The position numbers and the translations under genes are program-made. From positions 1-64,000 of the forward strand of contig NOWV01000028.1 in assembly GCA_003344405.1 (NCBI GenBank): 64,000 bases of DNA, written 5' to 3'. Positions 52,501-64,000 of the stretch are shown one piece after another (within the stretch, counting starts at the first letter, position 1; each line of letters starts with the position of its first letter). The notes beneath the pieces were generated by a model. It did no database searches. It saw only the letters and a program-made list of their open reading frames with translations, and was not told the DNA's origin. The stretch is from Trichoplax sp. H2 (lineage: Eukaryota).

Positions 52501-53202
52501 GGAAGAAGAAAATGGTCATTCCTTGAAAAGAAAAACGACAATGGAAGCAACAATTGCCGTAAGTACTCAGCATTTCTTAGTAGTAAACATTTGGCACGCA
52601 GTAAACAAAGGATGCCATTGTTGGTCGTCTATCATACAGTACTGTACTGTACCATTCAGTACTGTATAAGTAGTAGTCTCTACTGTTTGCTCCAGTCTTG
52701 CGAGTACATTCTCGTGAATCGTGAGTGCGTGACTAGGAGCAGATCTCGTGACTATTTATTATTTTCAGTCAGTAAAAGAGTCTACAGTATGTCACGGTTT
52801 TATGTGTACTGTATGGTATTGCCATACTGTAGTGATTGACTGATTGATGATTAATTTTGTTAAGTTGATAGCGTAGTACTGTATTTATTTAAGGAAATTG
52901 TGGTCGCTATAAATATTTCTAGTTTTAATGGAGCTACAATATTCGAGCTCTACACGGGCATATTACTAGAGGAAAAATATTACAATAGTATCGTACCGTA
53001 CAGTGGTAGATCTTGTTCTAATGCAAATGTTGTTAAATATTGATATATATATGTGACATTAAGAGCACATAATTGCTTACAACACTTTCAGGATGCAGAA
53101 TCGTTCATGAAGCGCGCGAAGGGCAGTGAAACTGATACAATAAAGGAAGAGGAAGAAGTAAAGGCTGATAATGGAAATGATAATGGAGACGATCAAAGTT
53201 AA
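49596..53202 (+). CDS. Uncharacterised 193-aa acidic repeat protein (four LxRxxTMxxTxx-E/D-G/A-xx-F/L repeats)
   Basis: Exons 49596-49652, 50332-50472, 51547-51681, 52421-52558 and 53092-53202. All introns are phase 0 GT-AG and there are no internal stops. Only exon 4 is visible in the ORF track. Confidence 0.8.
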
Positions 53203-54059
53203 AAAAGACCACTCTGAGCTAATTAACATGGCGTTATAAGTTGTAGTAGTAGACCTTTAGCAACGATTCCATTTGTTTTACCTTATAGCGTTCGAGCTTC
53301 GCCAGTATTGGTTAATAACTTGTCTTTAGTAACTTGTATAAACATTCAACCATAAATATTATTAACATGTAAAACGGTAAACTGTATCAAAGCGCAGTAT
53401 CTACATTGTTTCTAGGTTTAGAGCGCATATTAATAAATTGTTTTCGATCTCATTATGCTATAGTACATCATTCTTTTCTCGTCACAAACATAGCGACACC
53501 TTGCAAGAAATTTATAAATAAGCGTATAAATCATCGTGTAAGATTGGAGTAAACTCCACTCATTATAAATCAGTGAAATATTTTATCAACTGCAAATCTA
53601 ATCAAAGTATCATCAGGTAGATTTCTCTTCAGTGAATTTACTATTTCTTTTTTCTGCCGACTGAGTAATGAGTCATAGGTATGAGTGCGTGCTTTGTGCT
53701 GAGTACTGTACAATACCAAGTAATACAGTATTATAATGATCAGAAAATCCTATTCTTACGGAATGGCGTGCTGGTTAAGCCAGTGACCAATAACTATATT
53801 TCGAGTTATCTTGGGATTTGAGCATGTGTACTAGACCGATTTACTTAACTAGCTCCAATCCGTCTGATATTGATACTGTTGCATAGTGTTGAAGGATGAA
53901 AGGTCTGCAAAATGAGTAAAGACAGATATCGAATAAAATCCTTACGCGATACTACAAACAAAGTGTTCTAAACGTTGAGCAGTTTTCATTCACGACAACT
54001 GTTTTACACATTCAACTACTGTATATTCGTACTCATGGCAGTGGTTTCAGTTCTTCAGC

Positions 54060-54230
54060 GCGTACAGTATACGGTACAGTACACAGGGACAGTGTCCATG
54101 GTACTGTACTGTACACTACAGTATCGTCAAATCACTGAATGTACACACTGTACACTGTACTGTACTGTAGTACTGTATATTGTATACAGTACAGTACAGT
54201 ATTGTGTACTGTACAGTACTGTACTGTGCT
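54060..54230. repeat. Degenerate (CAGTA/TACTG)n tract immediately upstream of MRPS14
   Basis: Dense gtactgtactgtacactacagta / tacagtacagtacagta runs ending about 80 bp before the ATG at 54309. Confidence 0.85.
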
Positions 54231-54308
54231 TTCTATTTAAAGTAATGTACGTGTAGACTGACCACCAAGAGACCATAGCAGTAATTTGCGGAGGACATAT
54301 TTTTCAAG

Positions 54309-54825
54309 ATGTTTTCCGCTATATCAAGGGTTAAAGGTAGGCATTTAGGAAGCTGCGTTCGCAATCATAAAGTAATGATCTAAGCATTTCATTGAATACG
54401 ACGTTAACTCTGGTACTGTATTTCTTTCTTGTTTATCAGGAACTCTGCAGTTATTAAACGATGCCACACTTTCCTTTGCTCGTGGTAACATATTAAGAAA
54501 TTTTTCCTCCAGCTCAATGATGTGTAATAAATGGATGCGACGTGATAAGAAGAGACGAGCCCTATTCGATAAGTTTGAAGGTGAAAGATTAAGATGGAAA
54601 ACTATCGCAAAATCTGCTATTTTACCAAAGGAAATTACTAACTATGCCAAAGAAGTATTACATAACAAGTTTCCTCGGGACTCTAGCATTACCAGGATTC
54701 GCAACAGATGCAACCTTACTGGAAGACCTCGCGGACTTGTTAGACAGTACGGTATTTCGAGGATTAAGTTTCGCGAGCTTGCAGATTCTGGCAAATTAGC
54801 CGGTGTGACCAGATCGTCGTGGTGA
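54309..54825 (+). CDS. MRPS14: Mitochondrial ribosomal protein S14 (uS14m)
   Basis: Exon 1 54309-54336 (MFSAISRVK, presequence-like) splices in phase 1 to 54440-54825. uS14 signature [21 protein letters not shown]...[23 protein letters not shown]. Confidence 0.93.
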
Positions 54826-55699
54826 ATTCTTAATGGTCTGTCTACTGGAGGCTAAATTAGAATTTCTTACTAAATGTAAATTGTATCTATGATTGCATAC
54901 TGACGATAGAACTATGAAATTATAATTGATCCAAATGACGAACACATACTATATAGTTTAGGATGGTTAAGGGTGAGCAACACATGATGTACATACAGTA
55001 CAGTATGGAGTTAATATCCGACTTATTTTAGTGCTAGTTATTTATTTCGTAATGTCGTATAACACAAAGCTATTTTGAAGCATTTATTTCTGTTCTTCCG
55101 CGAGTAATTTCAGTTGCTTTATATCAAGCTGATTATTCGTTTCAGTATTTTAGATGAGCTCATGTGATGGTGAAATACGTAGATTTACCGTTTTTTTAAA
55201 TTTTTATGAATGTAATGTTACCTAGGCAAACAATATGATTGTACGATGGTGCATCTTTGCCTCTGCATTAGTTTTTGATTGTTGCTACCAAATTTTAAAA
55301 ACTATTAATGTTTATAATTTGGCGGCAATTACTAATAAAAGCGCTTTTCGCCCTTTATACGTATGTTGAATTGTAATATTTTTCATACACATTATGTTCT
55401 ACTAGAAATGGTCCACGATTGGACGTAGTCGTATACAGTATGTTATATTGCTGTAAGTATATCCAGTGCAAGAATTTCGTATTTGATGGAACGCAAATCC
55501 GCTATAACGTAGGTATTACGGTAATTTCCTAATACTGTTGCAGCGAAATTGACCGTTTATTCAGCTCATCAAGTATTACATTCGGAAATTTTAATTTCCA
55601 TAATCGACTAAAAGAAAAGTTTAATTGAAGACTACGACTATTAATCTTTCCTGCAGCAGCCTTAACAATCGTCATACTGCTTTAAATTAAAGCGAACGA

Positions 55700-58600
55700 T
55701 TAGTGTAGACGTAGTCTATCAATTACATGCTGAATATCACTAATAACTCTATCTATATCGGAAATGCTGGTTTCACGTCCCACACTGAGTCTTAGGGCGT
55801 TATATGCAATTTCTTTCGGTATACCGATGGAAAGAAGGATCTCGGAGGGACTAAAATGGAAAGTCAATAACAATATTACTTTCTGCTATGATTTCAAGAA
55901 AATACTAGCTCAACATGGCTAGTGCATAGGTGAATCACCCTTTTCTAATTTGAATTAAATCTCATGCTATAAATTCGCCCCTGGTATGGCGTGTTATCAT
56001 ATTATTATAGTAAATTACCGATCTTGCGCGTGACAGGCTGCTCCTATACTCGCTACTAAGATCTTTGCATTTGCTAGGATATCCCAACCTGGTAATGCAA
56101 AGGCGTCAAATGAGTTCATAGTTACTGCCGCTTAGCAATTTATTTAATTAAATAATAGGAGGCAACCTTTCAATTCTTTTCCGATGAACGAAACATTACA
56201 GGTATTGGGTATACGCTGGCTAGTCGGAAATTGGCCGTTAAAATGTACCATTTCGCCGAATTTTTCCTAAATTACGTTGATAAAGGAGACGTTAATATAT
56301 ACGTACAGTACATAAGTGCAGAAGCTACCTAACTTAGAGGAGGACTTGAATCAATATGAATCAACATTACTCATTATAAATACGTGATTGCCTTAAGCAA
56401 TTAAATTAGCAAACCGTCAATCTATCTTCAAGATAGTCCCTTATTTTTGCCATATGAGTAGAGTATAATTCCACATTCTGTGCAACCAAGCTAGCGGCCT
56501 TTAAGGCAATATCAAGGGTACAGTAAATACAAAAGCGGTATTAATGGAATAAATGATTTACAAGATTTGCTAGTTGTTTCACTGGATTACCTTACCAAGG
56601 CCCGCAATCATGCCAGTATTTTCAGTTCTAAATAATAATAATGTATAGGAAACCTTAAGAGTCAGCGTTCAATGCATATTATCAAACCTTTGTCTTCAAA
56701 AGCTTTCATTCTGCATAATGAATACCCTGATCTCATATTACGCTCTTGACCTCCGCCAAATATCATCGGATAAAGTGGAGTTTCTTTGGCATCGAGATTT
56801 TTGACATATAAAGCACCAATTCTTGGTCCATAAAACTATATAAAAATGTCACTTATATATTTTGCAATGATAGGGAATTTATGCATAGTTTTAGAAGTTC
56901 TAAGTAATAAGTATCAACTATAGATCACCTTATGCCCAACTATTGTTAAGTAATCGACTCCTAAATCCTTAACTTTTACTGGAATTTTACCTAAAGCCTA
57001 AGAAAAACGTAAACATATCATCAGCAGGTCGTAAATGAAATTGTATAAATTTACAGCTTGCAAATTTGTATGCGAAGACATTTTATTTTGTACCTGAGCT
57101 GCGTCAGTATGGAAATATATTCGATTATGAGGTTCTCTCACGCAGTTCAGAGCCTTAACAGCTTTAGCTATTTCTGCTATAGGCTAATTAACCATAAAGT
57201 AGTCATTGAAATATTTGTAAATGTTGGTACATTAATAAGCGAGAATTATATGTGACCATTATAGATTTTAATTTCATCGAAATTAAATATTAACTAAAGC
57301 ATTAATATTTAGGAATTACTTGGATTATTCCAGTTTCATTGTTTGCAAGCATAATTGAAATCAAACAAGTATTTGGCCTGTGAGTGAAAATTCATAATTC
57401 AATTGATTCTGGTTTTTACGGATAGTGATAATAATAAATCACGCTGCTAATGCATTCAATTGAAAGTAAGCAATCGTGTTACATTCGATTTCTAAAAATC
57501 AATAAGGCAAATCTAGCGTATGAAAATGTGCATTACCTAACTAACTGAGTAATGCCATCACATTTTACAGTTCCCCCTGAAGCTTGAGTAGCATTTACAA
57601 CTGTGTATTCTATGAGATCAAGAGTAGATATACCAGTAAAATAACTAAAGAACAGCAAATTTTAATTGCATAAAGCGAATCTATGATTTCGCTCTAGAAC
57701 CTTGGAGTAGTAAAAAAGTAGACGGTTATTTTGAAAAAAATAATCTGCAATCACGCATTTCTGACTGGACTTTGTGTAAATATAGAAGAAATGATTATAT
57801 ATTAAATAATTAGTTAATTTCTATTGGCATTATACCGAGGATATTTTCATTTGCTAGTTTTTCCAGTACTAATTTGACAGAGTCATGTTCCATATTAGAG
57901 GTAATTATATGCGGTAGATCACCAGATTCTTTGCAAAGTCTGGAATAATGTGTAGTAACAGATCTTATAACCATGTTATTGGCCTAGAATATTGAAAAAT
58001 AAATTTGCAAGATAATCACTAACATTTACTAAAAAAGAAAGCTATACGTCGATTTGCAGAAACAGTAGCTTACCTCTGTTCCGCCTGATGTAAAAAGGAT
58101 ATCTAATTTGATCAATATCATAATAATACATAATTTGGTTAGTAAAAATTCTGACACTCGCTTCCATTGGCAAGTTTTAATTCCTGTAACATTATTATTA
58201 CATTTAATTTTGTTTATTATCCTGTACCAGATGCATCGTCCAAATTAATCATTCTTGCTACGTTAGTTCTGGCTTCGTCAATAACCTTCTTTGCTTTGAT
58301 GCCTATTTATTTATTAATGAATCGTATCTTAATTATATTTCAGTAAGAATTAATTAACTCACACGGTAAAAAGTTACTGAACCTCTGACAGGTCTATCAA
58401 ATGGTAATACTATCTGTTAAATGAGCACATTATCGTAAACCGTCTGCAAAGCGACGGGAGTTTGCACTAGTAACTATTATTTGATGTAGGGTGATAATTA
58501 ATTATACAGTACATAATTCACAGTACTGTATCCAGTACGACAGATCAAAGCTGTAAATTAGGAGATCAGGTCTCTCTTCAAGCTTAGCACTGAAAGTTAT

Positions 58601-59015
58601 ATTATTTTAGAGTAGGCGCTAGCACCCCATTTATGGGCAAAATTTTATATGATTACCGTAATGATGGGAACTACTTGGATTCCCCCAACAATCTTTAAGG
58701 GCATGATGAATAGCCTCTAATACCTCTGGAGCTACAGGTGTTGTTGCGTTGAAGTCAAGGTACACAGTTTGAGGATCTCCAGCAGCACTAAATGATCAAC
58801 ATCAAGACAAAACATTTGCATTGAAATTACAGAGTATTGTAGAGTACATATGCAGCGCTGTTAAAATAGATGGTACTCGTGCTATGTGAGGGCAAACTAT
58901 AAGAATAATAAGTTGTAAAGCTTGAATGTATTAATTAAATATTAGTGAAAATCGCATCAATCATCCTAAACAAGTCAAAAATATATTTTGTGCTGTACCC
59001 TATGGTGTTCTCCAT
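55700..59015 (-). CDS. SCLY: Selenocysteine lyase (class V PLP aminotransferase, NifS-like)
   Basis: About 15 exons, starting 59015-58999 and 58787-58657 and ending 55850-55700. Motifs: [104 protein letters not shown] and GAACH are SCLY-type rather than NFS1-type (EHKC, GSACT). The start exon is less certain. Confidence 0.9.
58399..58471 (+). repeat. Short dispersed repeat, copy 2 (in a SCLY intron)
   Basis: aaatggtaatactatctgttaaatgagcacattatcgtaaaccgtctgcaaagcgacgggagtttgcactagt. Confidence 0.75.
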
Positions 59016-59433
59016 TAGCAATCCACTAATCTAGCAGAGTGTACGCGTATCTCGTTGTTTACATCGTCTGTCAATGCTGAACTACAGTACAGTACAGGCA
59101 GTCACAGAGTCCTTGTACTGTAATCATCCTTACTGTAGGACTACTGTATACTGTACAGTACAAGGCAAGACCTCTCTGTGCACTGCACAGTACAGTACTG
59201 TACTGTACACTGTACAGTACACGCCGTACTGAAGTGTGTACTGTAAGTACAGTACAGACAGACACACAGACTACTAAAGTATTTTACAGTATTACCCCTT
59301 TGGTTCATACAGTACTGCTACATGCACACTGCAAACTGTGTTTGGTTCGTAGAAGTTTGCGTACGGTTCATAATAAAGCCTGCATCATTATTAACGAGCT
59401 CAGAGGGCGCGGAATATCCGCCGAAAACAGAAT
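59016..59433. promoter_or_regulatory. Putative bidirectional promoter between SCLY and ING4/5
   Basis: Divergent start codons about 420 bp apart. The interval is filled with CAGTA/TACTG repeats and has a short GC-rich patch near 59400. Confidence 0.6.
59080..59330. repeat. Degenerate (CAGTA/TACTG)n tract between SCLY and ING4/5
   Basis: acagtacagtactgtactgtacactgtacagtac and similar runs. Confidence 0.85.
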
Positions 59434-62400
59434 ATGGCCTCCGTGCTTTACTTGGAGCACTACTTAGATAGTAAGGATGACTAATATATGTTCTATTGAC
59501 GTATTATTACTGATGCAGTTCCTTCATGACATCGTCATTCTCTAGAGATATAAAGTGCAGCATGTAGGCTGCACATCATACACATTACACACTCAATTTT
59601 ACTGCCACTGTAAACATGATCGGTCGATATGTAGTTATTTTTACTCTGATAAAGTTTAATTTATTATTTATTAATTAACTATTATAGATGCGTGTAGATT
59701 TGACATCTCTGTTTAGGGACTTTAATGTGAAACTTCGTGATCATTTGATGATAATAGTAAAGTATATCTCTCTCGGTTGTAAGGGGTTATATTGAGTCAT
59801 AAAACACCTTATTTTCGCTATTCGATGAGGCAGGAACGGTACAGTTACTGTACACCGCACTGGACAGAACGTAGCATCATGGTAGCATACTATACTCTAT
59901 GAACTATAGTATTACAGTACATTATTATTTATGGGAAAATTAATTAATAGCGTAGAATGGTATCGTAGTGTGCGGTATTTATAACATTTATATCGACATT
60001 TTTCTGAACCGCCATAGTTGTTATTACGTTACAATGAGGTTACATTGGTTAAAAAAGGGGGCCAGATTGATCTAAAAACCCAATATAAAGTCGTCACATC
60101 AGTAAAGTTCCATAGAATTTCTCAAAAAGGTATCTTCCAAACAGTACCTTATTTGATTGAACCATAGTATCTATCAGGCTCTACTGTCGATTTACTACAC
60201 AAGTGTACACTGTATGGAGAGTCCGAGAGTCAGCAGGTCTCAGTTTATGACAGATAGCCCAGTGCTCTGAAAATGTGCACTTTTAGTGAGTAGTAATTAT
60301 ATATTTTCCCTAAAATTATGATTATATGTAAATGACTGACTTTCAGGGTCTCGAATTCGCTCAGCAATCGGTGATGACATCACTGATTGCATTCTATATA
60401 CTAAGCACTGTACTGTATTCGTGTATTTAGTCATAGTACAGATTAATTAATTATTGTATATAATTATATATGCAATTATCTGTCCAATCAATACTGTAGT
60501 TTGGTTACTATAATTAGCTGGAACTTGAAGCAATTTAGGACCCAACCCTTTGCTACATTGCTACTTCAATAGCAGAGATTACTATCTCGATCATCGATCA
60601 TAACCATCAAGCCATAAACGGATATTTTTGAGAGTGACTAGCTTTTTTTGTACTATTCGATATTGAATGCGTGATGTACTGTAAGTACAATGTACGTATA
60701 TGATTAGAGAATTGTAAAATCATACTTCGTATGTGGTAGTAAAAAATACTGTGAAAATTGAGTAATCAATGTAGGTCATCCTATAATTATTATAGTAATC
60801 TTTGACGCGTTGTTGTTTGCTAAATTAATTTTTGTAAGCTTATGATAGTAATCTTTGACGCGTTGTTGTTTGCTAAATTAATTTTTGTAAGCTTATGTTA
60901 CGTTATTTGGATATTAGGTGTTCTCTGCGTTAGTACTGTAAATAAAGCTCAATAAACTCGTGAGGCTTGAGATCAGTAAAATAGAATAATAACACTGTGG
61001 TCTACAAGATTCAACAATTGACAGTGCGAAACGTTAATTCACTCAAATTTATCTTAATCTACACAGGTTTATGCCTGTATAATGACATGCAAGTCATAAA
61101 TCCTTAATTGCTCTACGTAGTTTAGATCCTTTTATCATGTTCCCTTATGCCGATACTGTCTATGTATCTAGGAATTATTCGTAGTAACAACAGTATTATA
61201 ATGTATTACCGTCATGTCAGCTGTTGCTTTAAGTATAAAAACTGCATTTTCTGAATGCGTTTCACCATCCAATTAGCAACCGATATGACTATGAGGTACA
61301 GTAGCGTTATTTCGATGTGTAAAAGGTACTACCTTTGAATAGATATTTTCTCGGCTATATCCTTCTCGATCAAAGACCAATATCAATATTTAAGTTGCCA
61401 GTCTAGGCTAACGTTTGGTATTGGAGTACAAGAATAAATGATATTTGAGAAACTTTTAACGCTATTATTTAAGCTATATTTAGTTCTGTGGGTATATTTC
61501 GGAACAAGAATCCTAATTATCGCGTATACGTGATTTTTTTCTTTTCGTTAGGTATAGAAAGTCTGCCTTCTGAATTACAAAGGAATTTCACGTTAATGAA
61601 AGATTTGGATCAAAAAAATCAAGGTAGAGTATTTATGCGGTGTTATTACCTCGAGATTTTGGTTAGGATAGTTACAGTAGTTAGTAAGCTCTTTGTAACT
61701 ACTATTCATTATTTCTAAATTTTCGCTTATATCCAAGATATAAAAGGAGAAATCGATAAATTAACACAGCAATATGTACAAGAAGTATCTAATTTAAAGA
61801 GCGATGAAAGGCAGCAACGATTGGATGATATAAATTGTACCTACAAGAAAAGTCATATGATCTGTGATAATAAAGTTCAACTTGCAACTCAGACATATGA
61901 AATGGTAGGTTATACTAGTAACCACGGATTCATTTGTACGCTATTGCAGTATGATGAACAATATTAACTTCAAACTTACCGTGAAAAGTAAATTGATTGT
62001 GATGAATTTGTTGAAATACGCTTAAATAGTAGCTCGTTTACATTGTACAGGTACGGTATGTAGCAGATTTATTTCAACTTGTGGTATCATGGTTGACTTT
62101 AATCTTTCAGTTTTTGTTACTGATTTCGTAATTGCTAAATAATGAACGATTTTTCTGATAACTCTTCTCGTAAATTATAGGTTGATAAACATATTCGAAG
62201 ATTAGATTACGAACTAGCCCGATTTGAAGCTGACTTGAAAGAAAAAGAACAGGAAATTACAGGTATTAGTGTATAACTAATGGATAGGCGTTTTGATGCA
62301 CGTTCCTTTTGCTATCTTTTTAATTACTTGTACATACTTCTCTGATGAATGATAAAACGACTTAGATTCTCATACAATGGTGGAAAATCAAGACATAAAA

Positions 62401-63166
62401 AGTAAGTATCATTAATGATAACTCTAGAAGTCTAGGAGTTGTTTAGATACAGAAATTTTCATTCCTTATAGAAAACCGAAGCCGCTCTACAGGACGGAAA
62501 AAGACGAGCAGAAAAAAGTTGAAAACATCAACGTTAGTAATGCGGCCAAATACTACTACTTGCGAATATGTAAAGTTAGATTGATTTAGTAATTATAGAT
62601 GTTGGATGCAATAGGCTTGAAACTATCTCCAGTGCTGCATCTGTGATTGCACAATCGCAATCTATATTTAATGCAAGAGCTGTAGATATGCCAGTGGATC
62701 CCAATGAACCTACTTATTGTTTATGTCATCAGGTGACTTAAAACATTAGAATAGAAACTTTTAGGATTACGTTAATTATGCTGCGTCTTTCAGTAGTCTT
62801 GTTACTAAATCCGAGGATTATGCTCTAGGTTTCTTATGGCGAAATGATTGGATGTGATAACACTGAAGTAAGACACTATTTGTTATGCGTCGATGCTCAT
62901 AAATCTGACATAACGCTTATTGATCATGCAAATAATTTGTTTTTTCTAATGACATGTAGTGCCCTATAGAATGGTTTCACTTTCAATGTGTTGGATTAAC
63001 TACAAAGCCGAAAGGAAAATGGTTTGTTACTTTAGCACATACCCTTTCTTTACATTTATTGATTACCCAGCTTCAAAATCGTACATCTTTACAAACTTGA
63101 TTGTTAAATCAAATATGCTTTTACAGGTATTGTCCCAAATGCACACAATCAAGAAAGAAGAAATGA
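59434..63166 (+). CDS. ING4/5: Inhibitor of growth family PHD protein (ING4/ING5-like)
   Basis: Exon 1 59434-59470 ([12 protein letters not shown]), 61552-61623 ([21 protein letters not shown]), ~61738-61904 ([11 protein letters not shown]), ~62181-62262 (VDKHIRRLD), linker exons, then PHD exons ([27 protein letters not shown]..|[24 protein letters not shown]). Stop at 63164-63166. Confidence 0.93.
60792..60897 (+). repeat. Exact 53-bp tandem duplication in ING4/5 intron 1
   Basis: atagtaatctttgacgcgttgttgtttgctaaattaatttttgtaagcttatg occurs twice in tandem. Confidence 0.9.
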
Positions 63167-64000
63167 TATGCTTCAGTTATCTAGCCAATGAATGTCTTGT
63201 ATGGATCAATCCATGTAAAATTTTGATTTCTGCATGTATTAAATGAAATTCATTTACTTTGTCAGTTTAATCGGCTTGATGATAATACCACTTAAGTCTA
63301 ATCTGAACCTCAACTACTAGTTCGCCCGAGAACGCTAATCATAAATTTGTGAAATTGTAAATAACTAGTTTCCAGTTTTCACAATCTACTGAGAAAGTAA
63401 ACCATAGAGGGTTTCCTTCGCCTCTATAGAGAACGCTACCACTACGTTATGTTGGTAATAAGGCGATACTTATTTATGCAGTGTTATTTATAAACCTAGA
63501 TGCAAATTGAATGTTGCGATTGACCAGATCTTTTTTCTTGATTTCTCTTATCCTGAGTAATAAAATTACGCCTTGTAATATAACTGAGCTCTTGACGTAT
63601 GTAATTAATCAATCAATATACTTTCGTTTAATTAAGAAATAATTGTTAGTGATCTATGCTCATTAGAGTTCGATTATTGAATGGACCACCTGTTAATGAG
63701 GTTAGGTCTATTACTACTTAGAATATTCATGTATTAAATTTATTTTGATCAGTGACTGCATGTTAAATTGATCACCCAATCAATTTATAAGGATTGTACA
63801 ATACTACTGAACCATGATGGAATGCTTTCATAAATTTAGCTGTCTAAGTAAAAGAAATTTGATTTTTTTCTTTGTTTGCCACGATTTATAACGTTGTATT
63901 ATAGTACGGATTAACCTTTGAATTAATCGTTGTTTGTAATTGCATGACAACACAATTTGTGTCTAGTAGAGTAGGTACATAGCGTTATACACGCATGGTG

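Noticed and set aside
60792..60897. Exact 53-bp tandem duplication as a functional element
   Set aside because: Intronic, two identical copies; most simply recent slippage or an assembly artefact.
1..64000. Prokaryotic systems (CRISPR arrays, operons, IS elements)
   Set aside because: The sequence is spliceosomal-intron-rich animal DNA; no repeat-spacer array or transposase ORF was seen.

Overview
AT-rich, intron-dense eukaryotic (animal) genomic DNA. Short GT-AG introns, compact gene spacing and gene content suggest an early-branching animal such as a placozoan (Trichoplax-like); this is an inference. The ORF track fragments or misses most genes, so exons were rebuilt by hand from splice sites and reading phase. 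Left to right: (1) a single-exon PTTG1IP/PSI-domain membrane protein; (2) a tandem array of five 3-exon paralogs, each encoding a signal peptide, two 8-Cys Frizzled-like cysteine-rich domains and a GPI-anchor-like tail; (3) a 32-exon agrin-like gene on the minus strand with six LamG domains, the last four built from one repeated 5-exon cassette; (4) a duplicated segment flanking a 20-N gap, probably two haplotypes; (5) a 5-exon, 193-aa acidic repeat protein with four LxRxxTMxxTxx|E/D repeats, each split by an intron at the same position; (6) mitochondrial ribosomal protein S14; (7) selenocysteine lyase head-to-head with ING4/5. Arrays of CAGTA/TACTG pentamers cluster just upstream of the right-hand genes. 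The best candidates for an undescribed system are the double-CRD GPI protein array, the repeat protein and the expanded-LamG agrin.
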